A stretch of 40,441 nucleotides of DNA from a virus. The notes below the pieces were generated by a model. The model was given only the letters and a program-made list of their open reading frames with translations. It did not search any database and was not told the DNA's origin. The position numbers and the translations under genes were made by a program. How positions within the stretch are numbered: position 1 is the stretch's first letter; each line of letters begins with the position of its first letter. The stretch covers positions 1-40,441 of the IMG/VR virus record IMGVR_UViG_3300040801_004386; one strand, 5' to 3'. Shown here one piece after another: positions 33,645 to 40,441 of this stretch.

Positions 33645-33658
33645 GCAGAAGGATTAAA

Positions 33659-34189
33659 ATGAAAGAAACATACTGCAAACTTGAAATGCTGGCGTTAGTT
33701 CGTGCATATTCATGCTTACATGAACTAACCGATGATGATGAGTGCTATCTCATAGAAATGATGCAAATATTGCCATATAACGATGATCATATTTCCATTG
33801 AAAATGCTTGGAAATATTTTGATTATATTGAAACAGATCATGAATTACATCAAGATGGATGCGGATTTGTGTTATTGGAAGAAGATAAACCATATTTAGA
33901 TTGTAATTTTGAACACTGTGATTGTAACGCCCCTGAATTAATTGATTCATTCTTTAAGTTCATATCAGACGAATTAAAAGAGTGTCATATCGCAGATTTG
34001 TGTGCAACGGCAAATACTCGCACACGTTTTACAGTTCGTGAACTCATTTTACATGCACGTACCATGTATAATGCAGATACTCTCAATAAAGATGAAGCGC
34101 GATTAATTTGCAACTTTTTAGTAGGTGCACATTCAAAAAGATTCCTCGATGAATTGCGGAAAGAATTTAACTTAAAGGTTTCAGAATGA
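33659..34189 (+). CDS. First gene of the rightward arm: strongly acidic, Cys/His-rich 176-aa protein
   Basis: About 37 D/E versus about 18 K/R, counted by eye. 10 Cys. Confidence 0.6.
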   Translation: MKETYCKLEMLALVRAYSCLHELTDDDECYLIEMMQILPYNDDHISIENAWKYFDYIETDHELHQDGCGFVLLEEDKPYLDCNFEHCDCNAPELIDSFFKFISDELKECHIADLCATANTRTRFTVRELILHARTMYNADTLNKDEARLICNFLVGAHSKRFLDELRKEFNLKVSE

Positions 34190-34452
34190 TTACTGTACAA
34201 GCACTTTTATTTACAGCCATTATCGGCAATTTCATACTCACAATACTCCTTTATTACTACTCTCAGAAAAATGCTATCGATACGTGGGACAATATTATGA
34301 ATATGACGCAGAAGCACCAAAAAGAAATGGCAAAGAAACTGAACATTTCAACTGAAGGACTTCGAACTATTCAAAATAGAGTAATGGACATCCAAAATAC
34401 CTTCGACTCGATTTGCTCAATGGCAAAAAAGAAGGAAGAAGATGGAAAATAA
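34186..34452 (+). CDS. Membrane-anchored coiled-coil protein P1 (88 aa), paralog family member
   Basis: N-terminal TM LLFTAIIGNFILTILLYYY, helical C-terminus with a KKKEE tail. ATGA overlap upstream and 11-nt overlap downstream. Confidence 0.65.
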   Translation: MITVQALLFTAIIGNFILTILLYYYSQKNAIDTWDNIMNMTQKHQKEMAKKLNISTEGLRTIQNRVMDIQNTFDSICSMAKKKEEDGK

Positions 34453-34843
34453 TTTTAATTTATTAAAAACAAGTATTGAGAATTTCAGAAAAACACGTGA
34501 TTCATTCTCGGATACTATAGGTTCCATCGAAAAAACTCTTGCCAAAGCAGGAATTAATATAGAATTTTCTTTAGATTTTACTGATGAAACCGGACATTTA
34601 ATGAAGTTGAGCTGGTGCCCTTACAAGCAACCTGATCAAAAAAGGAGATCAAAATTCCGTTTGCTGTTTACATATTTTGATATAGAAGATGGTGAAATAA
34701 CAAAACCCCTCCAGGAACATCCACTTGAAGTTAGGTTGAAAACATTCCAACACCTAGCAACATTTGTTGCTTCGTTTTCGCACTTTATTGATAAAAAAAC
34801 GAAAAAGATTGCAGAACTAACACAAGTAAAGGAAGATAGATGA
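34442..34843 (+). CDS. Hypothetical 133-aa protein coupled to P1
   Basis: ORF overlapping both neighbours. Confidence 0.55.
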   Translation: MENNFNLLKTSIENFRKTRDSFSDTIGSIEKTLAKAGINIEFSLDFTDETGHLMKLSWCPYKQPDQKRRSKFRLLFTYFDIEDGEITKPLQEHPLEVRLKTFQHLATFVASFSHFIDKKTKKIAELTQVKEDR

Positions 34844-35106
34844 CAACAACCACATTATTACTCGCTTTTGGGGTTATCTCCAATTTTATAACAATAGCAC
34901 TTGTATATTATTACCTCGATAAGGAAAGCTTGAGTGTTCTTGTTGAAGCAAGTAAAAACGTTGTTGAATATAAATTGCATCGAATGGACAAAGACAAAGC
35001 AGTCAGTGAATCAATTTGCAAGATAGAGCAAGAAGTGCGCGATCTTAAAAAGAAAATAAAAACAATATCTAAGCGTGAAAAAAAGAAAGAAGGAAATGAA
35101 CAATAA
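34840..35106 (+). CDS. Membrane-anchored coiled-coil protein P2 (88 aa), paralog family member
   Basis: LLLAFGVISNFITIALVYYY TM, helical C-terminus with a KREKKKEG tail. Overlaps the ERF gene start. Confidence 0.65.
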   Translation: MTTTTLLLAFGVISNFITIALVYYYLDKESLSVLVEASKNVVEYKLHRMDKDKAVSESICKIEQEVRDLKKKIKTISKREKKKEGNEQ

Positions 35107-35704
35107 ATTACTTGAACTTGTAAAAGAAGGAACTCTCCCGTGGGGAGATTTTAAGAAAATGGTATGTGCGTACAATGATGCAATGACACAATGCCAAAAT
35201 CAAATTGAACCTATAAAAAAAGATAGTTCTGCAAGATATAAATACGCTTCATATGAAGTAATCAGAGAAAAGACAGCAAAGATAATTGCGTCGTGTGGCT
35301 TGGCAATTGAGCAGTGGCATGTAAAACGCGATGGTGAATATTCACTGGTAACCTTGATAAAACATAAAGATGGTTACGAAGAAGAAAAGACCTCGCCTAT
35401 TGTTATATCAGACATACGTACAAACCGAGATAATCAACCGCTGCTTACCGTTGAACAGCAGCTTGGATGTGCAATCACATATACCAAAAGATATGTGTAT
35501 AACACTATTTTTGGCATAGCAACCTATGAAGATGATGTCGATGGTCAAATAAATCAAAGTTCTGAACACAAGCAGTCTGCTGATGCCCTTAAATGCCCAA
35601 AATGTAACGGGTCAATGAAACTTCGACATAGCGCAAAAACAGGTCAAGACTTCTGGGGCTGTACAGCATACCCAAATTGTAATGGCGTCATGAAAAAGGA
35701 TTAA
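35075..35704 (+). CDS. erf: ERF-family single-strand annealing protein fused to a C-terminal topoisomerase-type C4 zinc ribbon (start GTG 35075 or ATG 35093)
   Basis: SARYKYASYEVIREKTAKIIASCGLAIEQW...LGCAITYTKRYVYNTIFGIATYEDDVDG is the ERF core. KCPKCNGSMKLRHSAKTGQDFWGCTAYPNCNG is the zinc ribbon. Confidence 0.7.
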   Translation: MKKRKKEMNNKLLELVKEGTLPWGDFKKMVCAYNDAMTQCQNQIEPIKKDSSARYKYASYEVIREKTAKIIASCGLAIEQWHVKRDGEYSLVTLIKHKDGYEEEKTSPIVISDIRTNRDNQPLLTVEQQLGCAITYTKRYVYNTIFGIATYEDDVDGQINQSSEHKQSADALKCPKCNGSMKLRHSAKTGQDFWGCTAYPNCNGVMKKD

Positions 35705-35708
35705 ATGA
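35682..35708 (+). repeat. Boundary direct repeat copy 1 (ATGGCGTCATGAAAAAGG + ATTAAATGA)
   Basis: 18-nt perfect match plus an imperfect tail with 37965-37992. Confidence 0.85.
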
Positions 35709-37930
35709 AACCAAGGGATTATCAACAAGAGGCTATCGATTCGGTAGTCTCTGAATTTAAAAAAAATGATCGTACTACAATAACGATGGCTTGTGGAACG
35801 GGTAAAACGCTCGTTGCAATGTGGATCATGGAAAAAATGAATTCCATGCGAACCATTTTTATTGCACCATCTTTAGCGCTCATAAGTCAAACAATTGAAT
35901 CCTGGTCAAAAGCAACATCATTCAAAAAGGTAAAATTTGCAGCTTTATGCTCAGAAGCGAAGGTCTATGATGATATCGAATTAGATGATTCATTCAAAGG
36001 GACAGTTTGTAAATCAAAAGATGAGCTGATTGAATTTTATAATAACAACAAGAATTATCGATTAATTGTATTTAGCACGTATCAATCTTCAGGATCTATA
36101 GATGCAAGTATTGAATTTGACTTGGCAATATATGATGAAGCTCATAAAACAGCAAATCATAGCGAAAGATGCTTTAGAAAAACTCTATATGATTTCAATG
36201 TATCCTTTCATAAGCGGCTTTTTATGACTGCAACACCTAAATGTTTTATATATGGAAAAGCCCAGGACGATGTTGTCGAATATTCTATGGATAATCAAAA
36301 CATCTATGGAAAGATTTGTTACGTCTTATCATTTGACCAAGCAATAAAACGCAATTTAATCTGTGATTATAAAATTTTAATCTCTATCATTGATCAAAGT
36401 GCACTTAAAAAACAAGAAGATGAATGCAGCTATGTGATGTCGCGTGATGCTCAAATATTATCACTTCTGAAAACATTCAAAAAATATAATATTAAGCGAT
36501 CTGTAACGTTCCATAGAACAATTAGACAAGCAATGCATTTCAGCAGAAAAATGCCTGATACATGCATTAAATCACTACATATAAATGGTCAATTACCATG
36601 TCATAAACGTGATGAAATTATGAATCTTTTTAAAAAAACAGACTATGTGAATATTAGCAATTCGCGATTTCTTACTGAAGGGGTAAATATCCCATCAATT
36701 GACCTTGTTGCCTTTATGACACCAAAAAGAAGCAAGATTGATATTATCCAGGCATGTGGGAGAGCCATGCGAAAATCTCCTGGAAAGTCATTCGGCTACA
36801 TTTTCTTGCCGCTTTTTGTTAATAAAAACGATCTTTCTAATTTAAATAATGTAATCGTTGAATCGCGTTATCTATATGTTTGGAAGATAATAAAGTCACT
36901 TGCTGAATATGACAATTCGCTTAATGAAGAAATTTTAAACAAAAGGATAAAAACAGGCCCTGGACAAAATAGTAGCTCAAAAATCATAATCAACACTGAA
37001 GACCAATCAATAAATATCAAAGATATTGAAAATGCAATCGATGTACATCTTATAAATTCAGTAATTAGTAAGTGGGATCTGCAATATCATAACTATAAAA
37101 ATTTCATAAAAAATTTTGAAAAAGAGCCTTCTGAATACAGCAAAAATACAGATGAAGTATCACTTGCACGTTGGACTCGCGCCTGTCGATATAATTACAA
37201 CGCACAGATTATGCCTAAAGACCAAATTGAAAAACTAAGGGCTATTAATTTTTCTTTCAGTCCTCTCACAGATAAGTGGCATAGCAAATTTGAAGAATTT
37301 AAAAATTCAATTTTGAAGAAGGGTTTTTTGCCGATAACTAATCATGGCAAATCTTTAGAGGATTGGTTTTATATTCAAAGACTAAAAATTAATTCGAATG
37401 CATTGCGTGACAATCGGGCAGCCATGCTAAAAGATTTTATCAAAAAATATGATCCGAAATTGAAAATCTTAAGTATAAAAAAACAAAATGGATGGGATTT
37501 ATTTGTTGCTGACATAGAAGAACATCGTAAAAAGACTGGTTCATATAATTTATACAAACCCAAAAATCCTAAAATCCGTAAGCAAATTGAATATATCCGT
37601 CGCAATAAAGACGCATTAAGCGCTCAGAAGCTAGAATATCTTGAAAAAATCAACTTTGACTTTAGAAACTTTTTACAACAAAAATGGGAGAAAAAATATG
37701 ACGAGATTATGCATTTCCTTGAAACATATAAACAACCCCAGTTAATGAATAGTAAGGCAAAAAATCTTAAAACTTGGCTCGATCGACAAAAATATAGATT
37801 TAAAAATAAAGAACTCGATAAATATCATGCAAAAAAGATATCAGATTTATTAAAACTGATTAAAGGTTTAAACAAACCCCAAAAAATAACGTTATCAGAT
37901 ATTTTTGAAGCCCAATTAAAAGAAAGGTAG
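35705..37930 (+). CDS. SF2 DEAH-box DNA helicase (741 aa) with four C-terminal helicase-associated (HA) repeats
   Basis: Motif I ACGTGKT, II DEAH, III TATP, VI QACGRAMR. C-terminal repeats W..(F/Y)....F........L..W...QR. Confidence 0.8.
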   Translation: MKPRDYQQEAIDSVVSEFKKNDRTTITMACGTGKTLVAMWIMEKMNSMRTIFIAPSLALISQTIESWSKATSFKKVKFAALCSEAKVYDDIELDDSFKGTVCKSKDELIEFYNNNKNYRLIVFSTYQSSGSIDASIEFDLAIYDEAHKTANHSERCFRKTLYDFNVSFHKRLFMTATPKCFIYGKAQDDVVEYSMDNQNIYGKICYVLSFDQAIKRNLICDYKILISIIDQSALKKQEDECSYVMSRDAQILSLLKTFKKYNIKRSVTFHRTIRQAMHFSRKMPDTCIKSLHINGQLPCHKRDEIMNLFKKTDYVNISNSRFLTEGVNIPSIDLVAFMTPKRSKIDIIQACGRAMRKSPGKSFGYIFLPLFVNKNDLSNLNNVIVESRYLYVWKIIKSLAEYDNSLNEEILNKRIKTGPGQNSSSKIIINTEDQSINIKDIENAIDVHLINSVISKWDLQYHNYKNFIKNFEKEPSEYSKNTDEVSLARWTRACRYNYNAQIMPKDQIEKLRAINFSFSPLTDKWHSKFEEFKNSILKKGFLPITNHGKSLEDWFYIQRLKINSNALRDNRAAMLKDFIKKYDPKLKILSIKKQNGWDLFVADIEEHRKKTGSYNLYKPKNPKIRKQIEYIRRNKDALSAQKLEYLEKINFDFRNFLQQKWEKKYDEIMHFLETYKQPQLMNSKAKNLKTWLDRQKYRFKNKELDKYHAKKISDLLKLIKGLNKPQKITLSDIFEAQLKER

Positions 37931-37964
37931 AAATTGGAAAATAATCAAGATCGTAAACGATCGC

Positions 37965-37992
37965 ATGGCGTCATGAAAAAGGGTTAGAATGA
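37965..37992 (+). repeat. Boundary direct repeat copy 2 (ATGGCGTCATGAAAAAGG + GTTAGAATGA)
   Basis: Copy of the last codons and stop-start junction of the ERF-Zn gene, placed after the helicase stop. Confidence 0.85.
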
Positions 37993-38231
37993 TAACGCTT
38001 GGAATGTTTTTGCTGATACTATGTATTTCAAATTTCATTATGACAACTTTATTGGCATTTAAGACAATTGATCATATATGGGATGCAGTAGGATATGCTA
38101 TAAAACATCAAAAAAACATTTCGAAATATCTAACAAGAGCTATACAACGAAATTCAAGTTGTCTTAAGGTTATTGAAAATAAAATTAGAGATTTTGAAAT
38201 TGCTAAAAAAAACAAAGAGAATGGGGCATAA
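37989..38231 (+). CDS. Membrane-anchored coiled-coil protein P3 (80 aa), paralog family member
   Basis: FLLILCISNFIMTTLLAF TM and IENKIRDFEIAKKNKE C-terminus. 9 nt upstream of the second ERF gene. Confidence 0.65.
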   Translation: MITLGMFLLILCISNFIMTTLLAFKTIDHIWDAVGYAIKHQKNISKYLTRAIQRNSSCLKVIENKIRDFEIAKKNKENGA

Positions 38232-38240
38232 GGATTAACA

Positions 38241-38984
38241 ATGGATGTAACGATAGAGACACTTTTTGAATCATACAAAACCGTTAACACGCTTATTGAG
38301 CAAGAAGTTATAAGAAGAACAGAGATCAACTCTAAGCCACGACATCAATCATCTTCGATAGATAAGATTGCTGAAGCCTTGTCTGCCGCTCAGGGCAAAT
38401 ATAAGCCGGTAGAGTTTAATCGTAAAACTGAGATGTGGTCAAATGAATATTCTGACTTTGATACACTCATGAAACATGTTCTTCCCATTTTAAGCGAACA
38501 ACAATTAATGTTTACACAAAGAACAGAACATGATGGCGATATATTATATTTACGCAGCATTCTAATGCACTCAAGTGGCCAATGGATATCATCAGTCATT
38601 AGAATAAACCCACCAAAGAACGATATTGAATGTCTCGATTCAATAATTATGGATCAAAAAAGAGACCAAGCAAAGCTTCTCTTGGGTATATCTCTTGAGA
38701 ATGATCCTCGCGATGATGATGGTGAATATGCCATGCGAAACGTACAAGAAGATATCAAAAAGGGAACAAAGGCATCACTTAATAGAAAGCAAGAATCATA
38801 CGAGTCAATCAGTAAAGAACAAGCTGAAGAACTTGAATATGAATTGCAAGGATATGAAGATATTGCAGAAGAAGTTCTTGAGAAGTTCAAGCTCAGACAA
38901 CTTGCTGATATGCCAAAAAGTGTATATCGAACTGCAATAACAAATGTTCGCAAGATCAAGCGGTATCGCCAAGAAGGAAAATAA
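38241..38984 (+). CDS. erf: Second ERF-family single-strand annealing protein (247 aa)
   Basis: IDKIAEALSAAQGKYKPVEFNRK...YSDFDTLMKHVLPILSEQQLMFTQ...LMHSSGQWISS...DPRDDDGE is the ERF pattern. Confidence 0.65.
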   Translation: MDVTIETLFESYKTVNTLIEQEVIRRTEINSKPRHQSSSIDKIAEALSAAQGKYKPVEFNRKTEMWSNEYSDFDTLMKHVLPILSEQQLMFTQRTEHDGDILYLRSILMHSSGQWISSVIRINPPKNDIECLDSIIMDQKRDQAKLLLGISLENDPRDDDGEYAMRNVQEDIKKGTKASLNRKQESYESISKEQAEELEYELQGYEDIAEEVLEKFKLRQLADMPKSVYRTAITNVRKIKRYRQEGK

Positions 38985-39187
38985 TGGAATCACCTGAAGT
39001 TAAAAACCCTACTAAATCTGGCAGTTATATTGTAACTGCACTCGCAGCGACTTGTGGAGGGGAAACTTGCATCATGGAACGAGCTTTCTACGACTGTCAA
39101 ACAAAAAAATGGTCTGCATGTGGAATGTTATCAAGTTTTCCCATAATTAAAATTGTTAAATGGACACCTATAGAAGAAGGAAAATAA
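38984..39187 (+). CDS. Small Cys-containing protein (67 aa), DUF551-like C-terminus (KIVKWTPIEE)
   Basis: TAATG overlap with the upstream gene. Confidence 0.5.
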   Translation: MESPEVKNPTKSGSYIVTALAATCGGETCIMERAFYDCQTKKWSACGMLSSFPIIKIVKWTPIEEGK

Positions 39188-39237
39188 CAACAGTCCTCAT
39201 GTTTCTGCTTGTGAATGAGGTGGTAAAAACACTGCGA

Positions 39238-39266
39238 GCGGTAGACTAACTATCTACCGCTTTTTT
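39238..39266 (+). terminator. Rho-independent terminator of the rightward arm (GCGGTAGA-7 nt-TCTACCGC + T6), at the convergence point
   Basis: Stem and T-run read directly. Confidence 0.7.
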
Positions 39267-39286
39267 CTTGCGAGCCCTACGTTTAG

Positions 39287-39505
39287 TCATACGTCTTTTT
39301 TTGACTTTTTTTTTGCTTGAACTTCATCATCAGGATCTGGAGTATCTGGTGAAAGATCAATATCCATGTCCGTCTTTTCCTTTATGACAACTTCAATGAT
39401 CTCTTCTATGTTATTGTCAGTCTTCCATCCTGGAATAAAACGAGATCCAACACCAATCAAACCCAAAGTGATTAAACCCGCATAAATTAGTATCGTCCAA
39501 TCCAT
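39287..39505 (-). CDS. 72-aa single-TM protein with acidic then Lys-rich C-terminus, coupled to the fibre gene (holin-like or fibre accessory)
   Basis: TGATG stop-start overlap with the fibre ORF. AGAAGGAAAG SD. TM WTILIYAGLITLGLIGVG. Confidence 0.55.
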   Translation of the reverse strand: MDWTILIYAGLITLGLIGVGSRFIPGWKTDNNIEEIIEVVIKEKTDMDIDLSPDTPDPDDEVQAKKKSKKDV

Positions 39506-40441
39506 CACTTTCCTTCTAATTTCTCAATACGCTCATTTAATTTGATAATCTCATTTAACATTAATGGAATCAAATCCATATATTTGACGGTTTCTGGTTG
39601 TCCACTCTCTGGATCATAAACCACAAGGCGCCGTAGTGTGCGTTCAACTTCCTCAGCTATCAAGCCATATTGTTTTGATTTTGTTTTGTCAGACCTGTAA
39701 TTAAACGTTACTGGGCGTAAATCATAAATACGACCCGATTCTTCAGTCTTAAGACTTTCTATGTTTTCTTTGTATCGTATCGATGATGAAACCGTTCCTA
39801 ATTGATGTGAACTGTCAATCAACACTGGAATTGCATCAGCTACACCTGTGGTTATGCCACGTATGCCTGCTATAAAACAGCGGTTCTGGGTGTAAACTGG
39901 TATTACCCCTGGATTAGGCGATGCAGTTCCTGTTTGATTTCCAATTCTTATCGTATTTGCCTCAGTGCCTACACCAAAATTACCGATACATATATTTTGT
40001 GCCTCGTTTGCTGTCCAATACCACCCACTATGTGGGCCAATTGCTATATTCCCCTCAACCTTGTTTGCGGCCGTACCAACGACATTGTGCATATTTTCAT
40101 AGCCGAGACCTGTGTTGTACCACCCAACTTCGATATTTTCAGCTCCCCTAAATCCTACGATTGTATTTTGGCCACCAAGGCTAGGAGCGCCAGGGTCGTC
40201 CGTTATGCTGGCAAGAACATTCAGCCCTATTGCTACGTTATTTATAGCACCGACTGTTGTGCTTAACGCCAAATTTCCGATCGCAATATTTTGATCGGAA
40301 ACCCCGTAACCAGAAACATACGAGGCAAGCGCTTCAGTTCCAATTGCAATTGTATTAACCACATCAGTTGCTGATCCTAATGCGTTTGTCCCTATTGCTA
40401 TGGGAGAAGTACCATTTACCAGTGAATCAAGAGCATTAAAC
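39505..40441 (-). CDS. Tail fibre protein, C-terminal part (continues from 1169..1) with peptidase-S74 intramolecular chaperone domain at 39505-39789
   Basis: CFIAGI...SSHQLGTVSSSIRYKENI...YGLIAEEVE...VKYMDLIPLMLNEIIKLNERIEKLE is the canonical autoproteolytic chaperone signature. The track start at 40362 is an internal GTG. Confidence 0.85.
   Translation of the reverse strand, partial: FNALDSLVNGTSPIAIGTNALGSATDVVNTIAIGTEALASYVSGYGVSDQNIAIGNLALSTTVGAINNVAIGLNVLASITDDPGAPSLGGQNTIVGFRGAENIEVGWYNTGLGYENMHNVVGTAANKVEGNIAIGPHSGWYWTANEAQNICIGNFGVGTEANTIRIGNQTGTASPNPGVIPVYTQNRCFIAGIRGITTGVADAIPVLIDSSHQLGTVSSSIRYKENIESLKTEESGRIYDLRPVTFNYRSDKTKSKQYGLIAEEVERTLRRLVVYDPESGQPETVKYMDLIPLMLNEIIKLNERIEKLEGK
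40325..40441. repeat. Terminal overlap copy B (identical to 1-117)
   Basis: Read base by base. Confidence 0.95.

Noticed and set aside
37928-37987. In-frame 18-codon extension after the helicase TAG stop (KLENNQDRKRSHGVMKKG), as possible stop-codon read-through or recoding
   Set aside because: All other genes terminate normally with TAG, TAA or TGA, so there is no sign of reassignment. The extension is explained by the duplicated ERF 3' boundary sequence.
38390-38993. Minus-strand and alternative-frame ORFs over the second ERF gene (38390-38599, 38654-38959, 38695-38940, 38805-38993)
   Set aside because: They are antisense or off-frame shadows of a gene with recognisable ERF motifs and proper coupling to its neighbours.
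1-40441. Integrated prophage with att sites, or physical direct terminal repeats
   Set aside because: The ends overlap identically inside an ORF and close it in frame. No integrase, host flanking genes or tRNA are present. A circular (or circularly permuted) assembly is the simpler reading.

Overview
The window is a complete, circularly closing dsDNA phage genome of about 40.3 kb. Bases 1-117 are identical to 40325-40441, and joining them closes a tail-fibre ORF in frame, giving a unit length of 40,324 bp. The genome is AT-rich, densely coding, uses the standard genetic code, and most genes have strong GGAG-type ribosome-binding sites. All family and domain calls below were made by eye from the ORF translations; no database search was run.

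Architecture: there are two transcription arms. They diverge at about 33550-33658 and converge on a hairpin at about 39238-39266.

- The plus arm (33659-39187) is an early recombination module. It contains an acidic Cys-rich protein, three paralogous membrane-anchored coiled-coil proteins, two ERF-type annealases (one fused to a topoisomerase-type zinc ribbon), and an SF2 DEAH helicase with four helicase-associated repeats.
- The long minus arm (33549 down to 1, wrapping to 39287) starts with a Cro/CI-like HTH, SSB, a DUF3987-like replication protein and an iteron/AT-rich origin-like region. It continues with RusA, a TerS-like protein, a minimal KxDG ligase, small accessory genes and TerL.
- After an opposite-strand cassette, the minus arm continues with portal, very basic small proteins, scaffold and an N4-gp56-like major capsid protein. 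The tail genes that follow are in a T7-like order: adaptor-like, nozzle-like and internal proteins.
- The minus arm ends with three large fibre genes. One has a C1q/TNF-like tip and one has a peptidase-S74 intramolecular chaperone.
- Several plus-strand cassettes encoding secreted or membrane proteins or RHH regulators are embedded in the minus arm.

Not recognised: DNA or RNA polymerase, integrase, tRNA, CRISPR or endolysin.

Most interesting observations:
- the repeated pairing of a small membrane protein with a recombination gene;
- boundary duplications flanking the helicase and an 800-bp cassette upstream of terL, the latter copying the TerL N-terminal peptide with synonymous differences;
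- the dyad-symmetric 12-iteron origin-like region;
- an RHH gene followed by a 23-aa hydrophobic peptide;
- a candidate antisense small RNA;
- three 23-bp repeats in the capsid gene leader.
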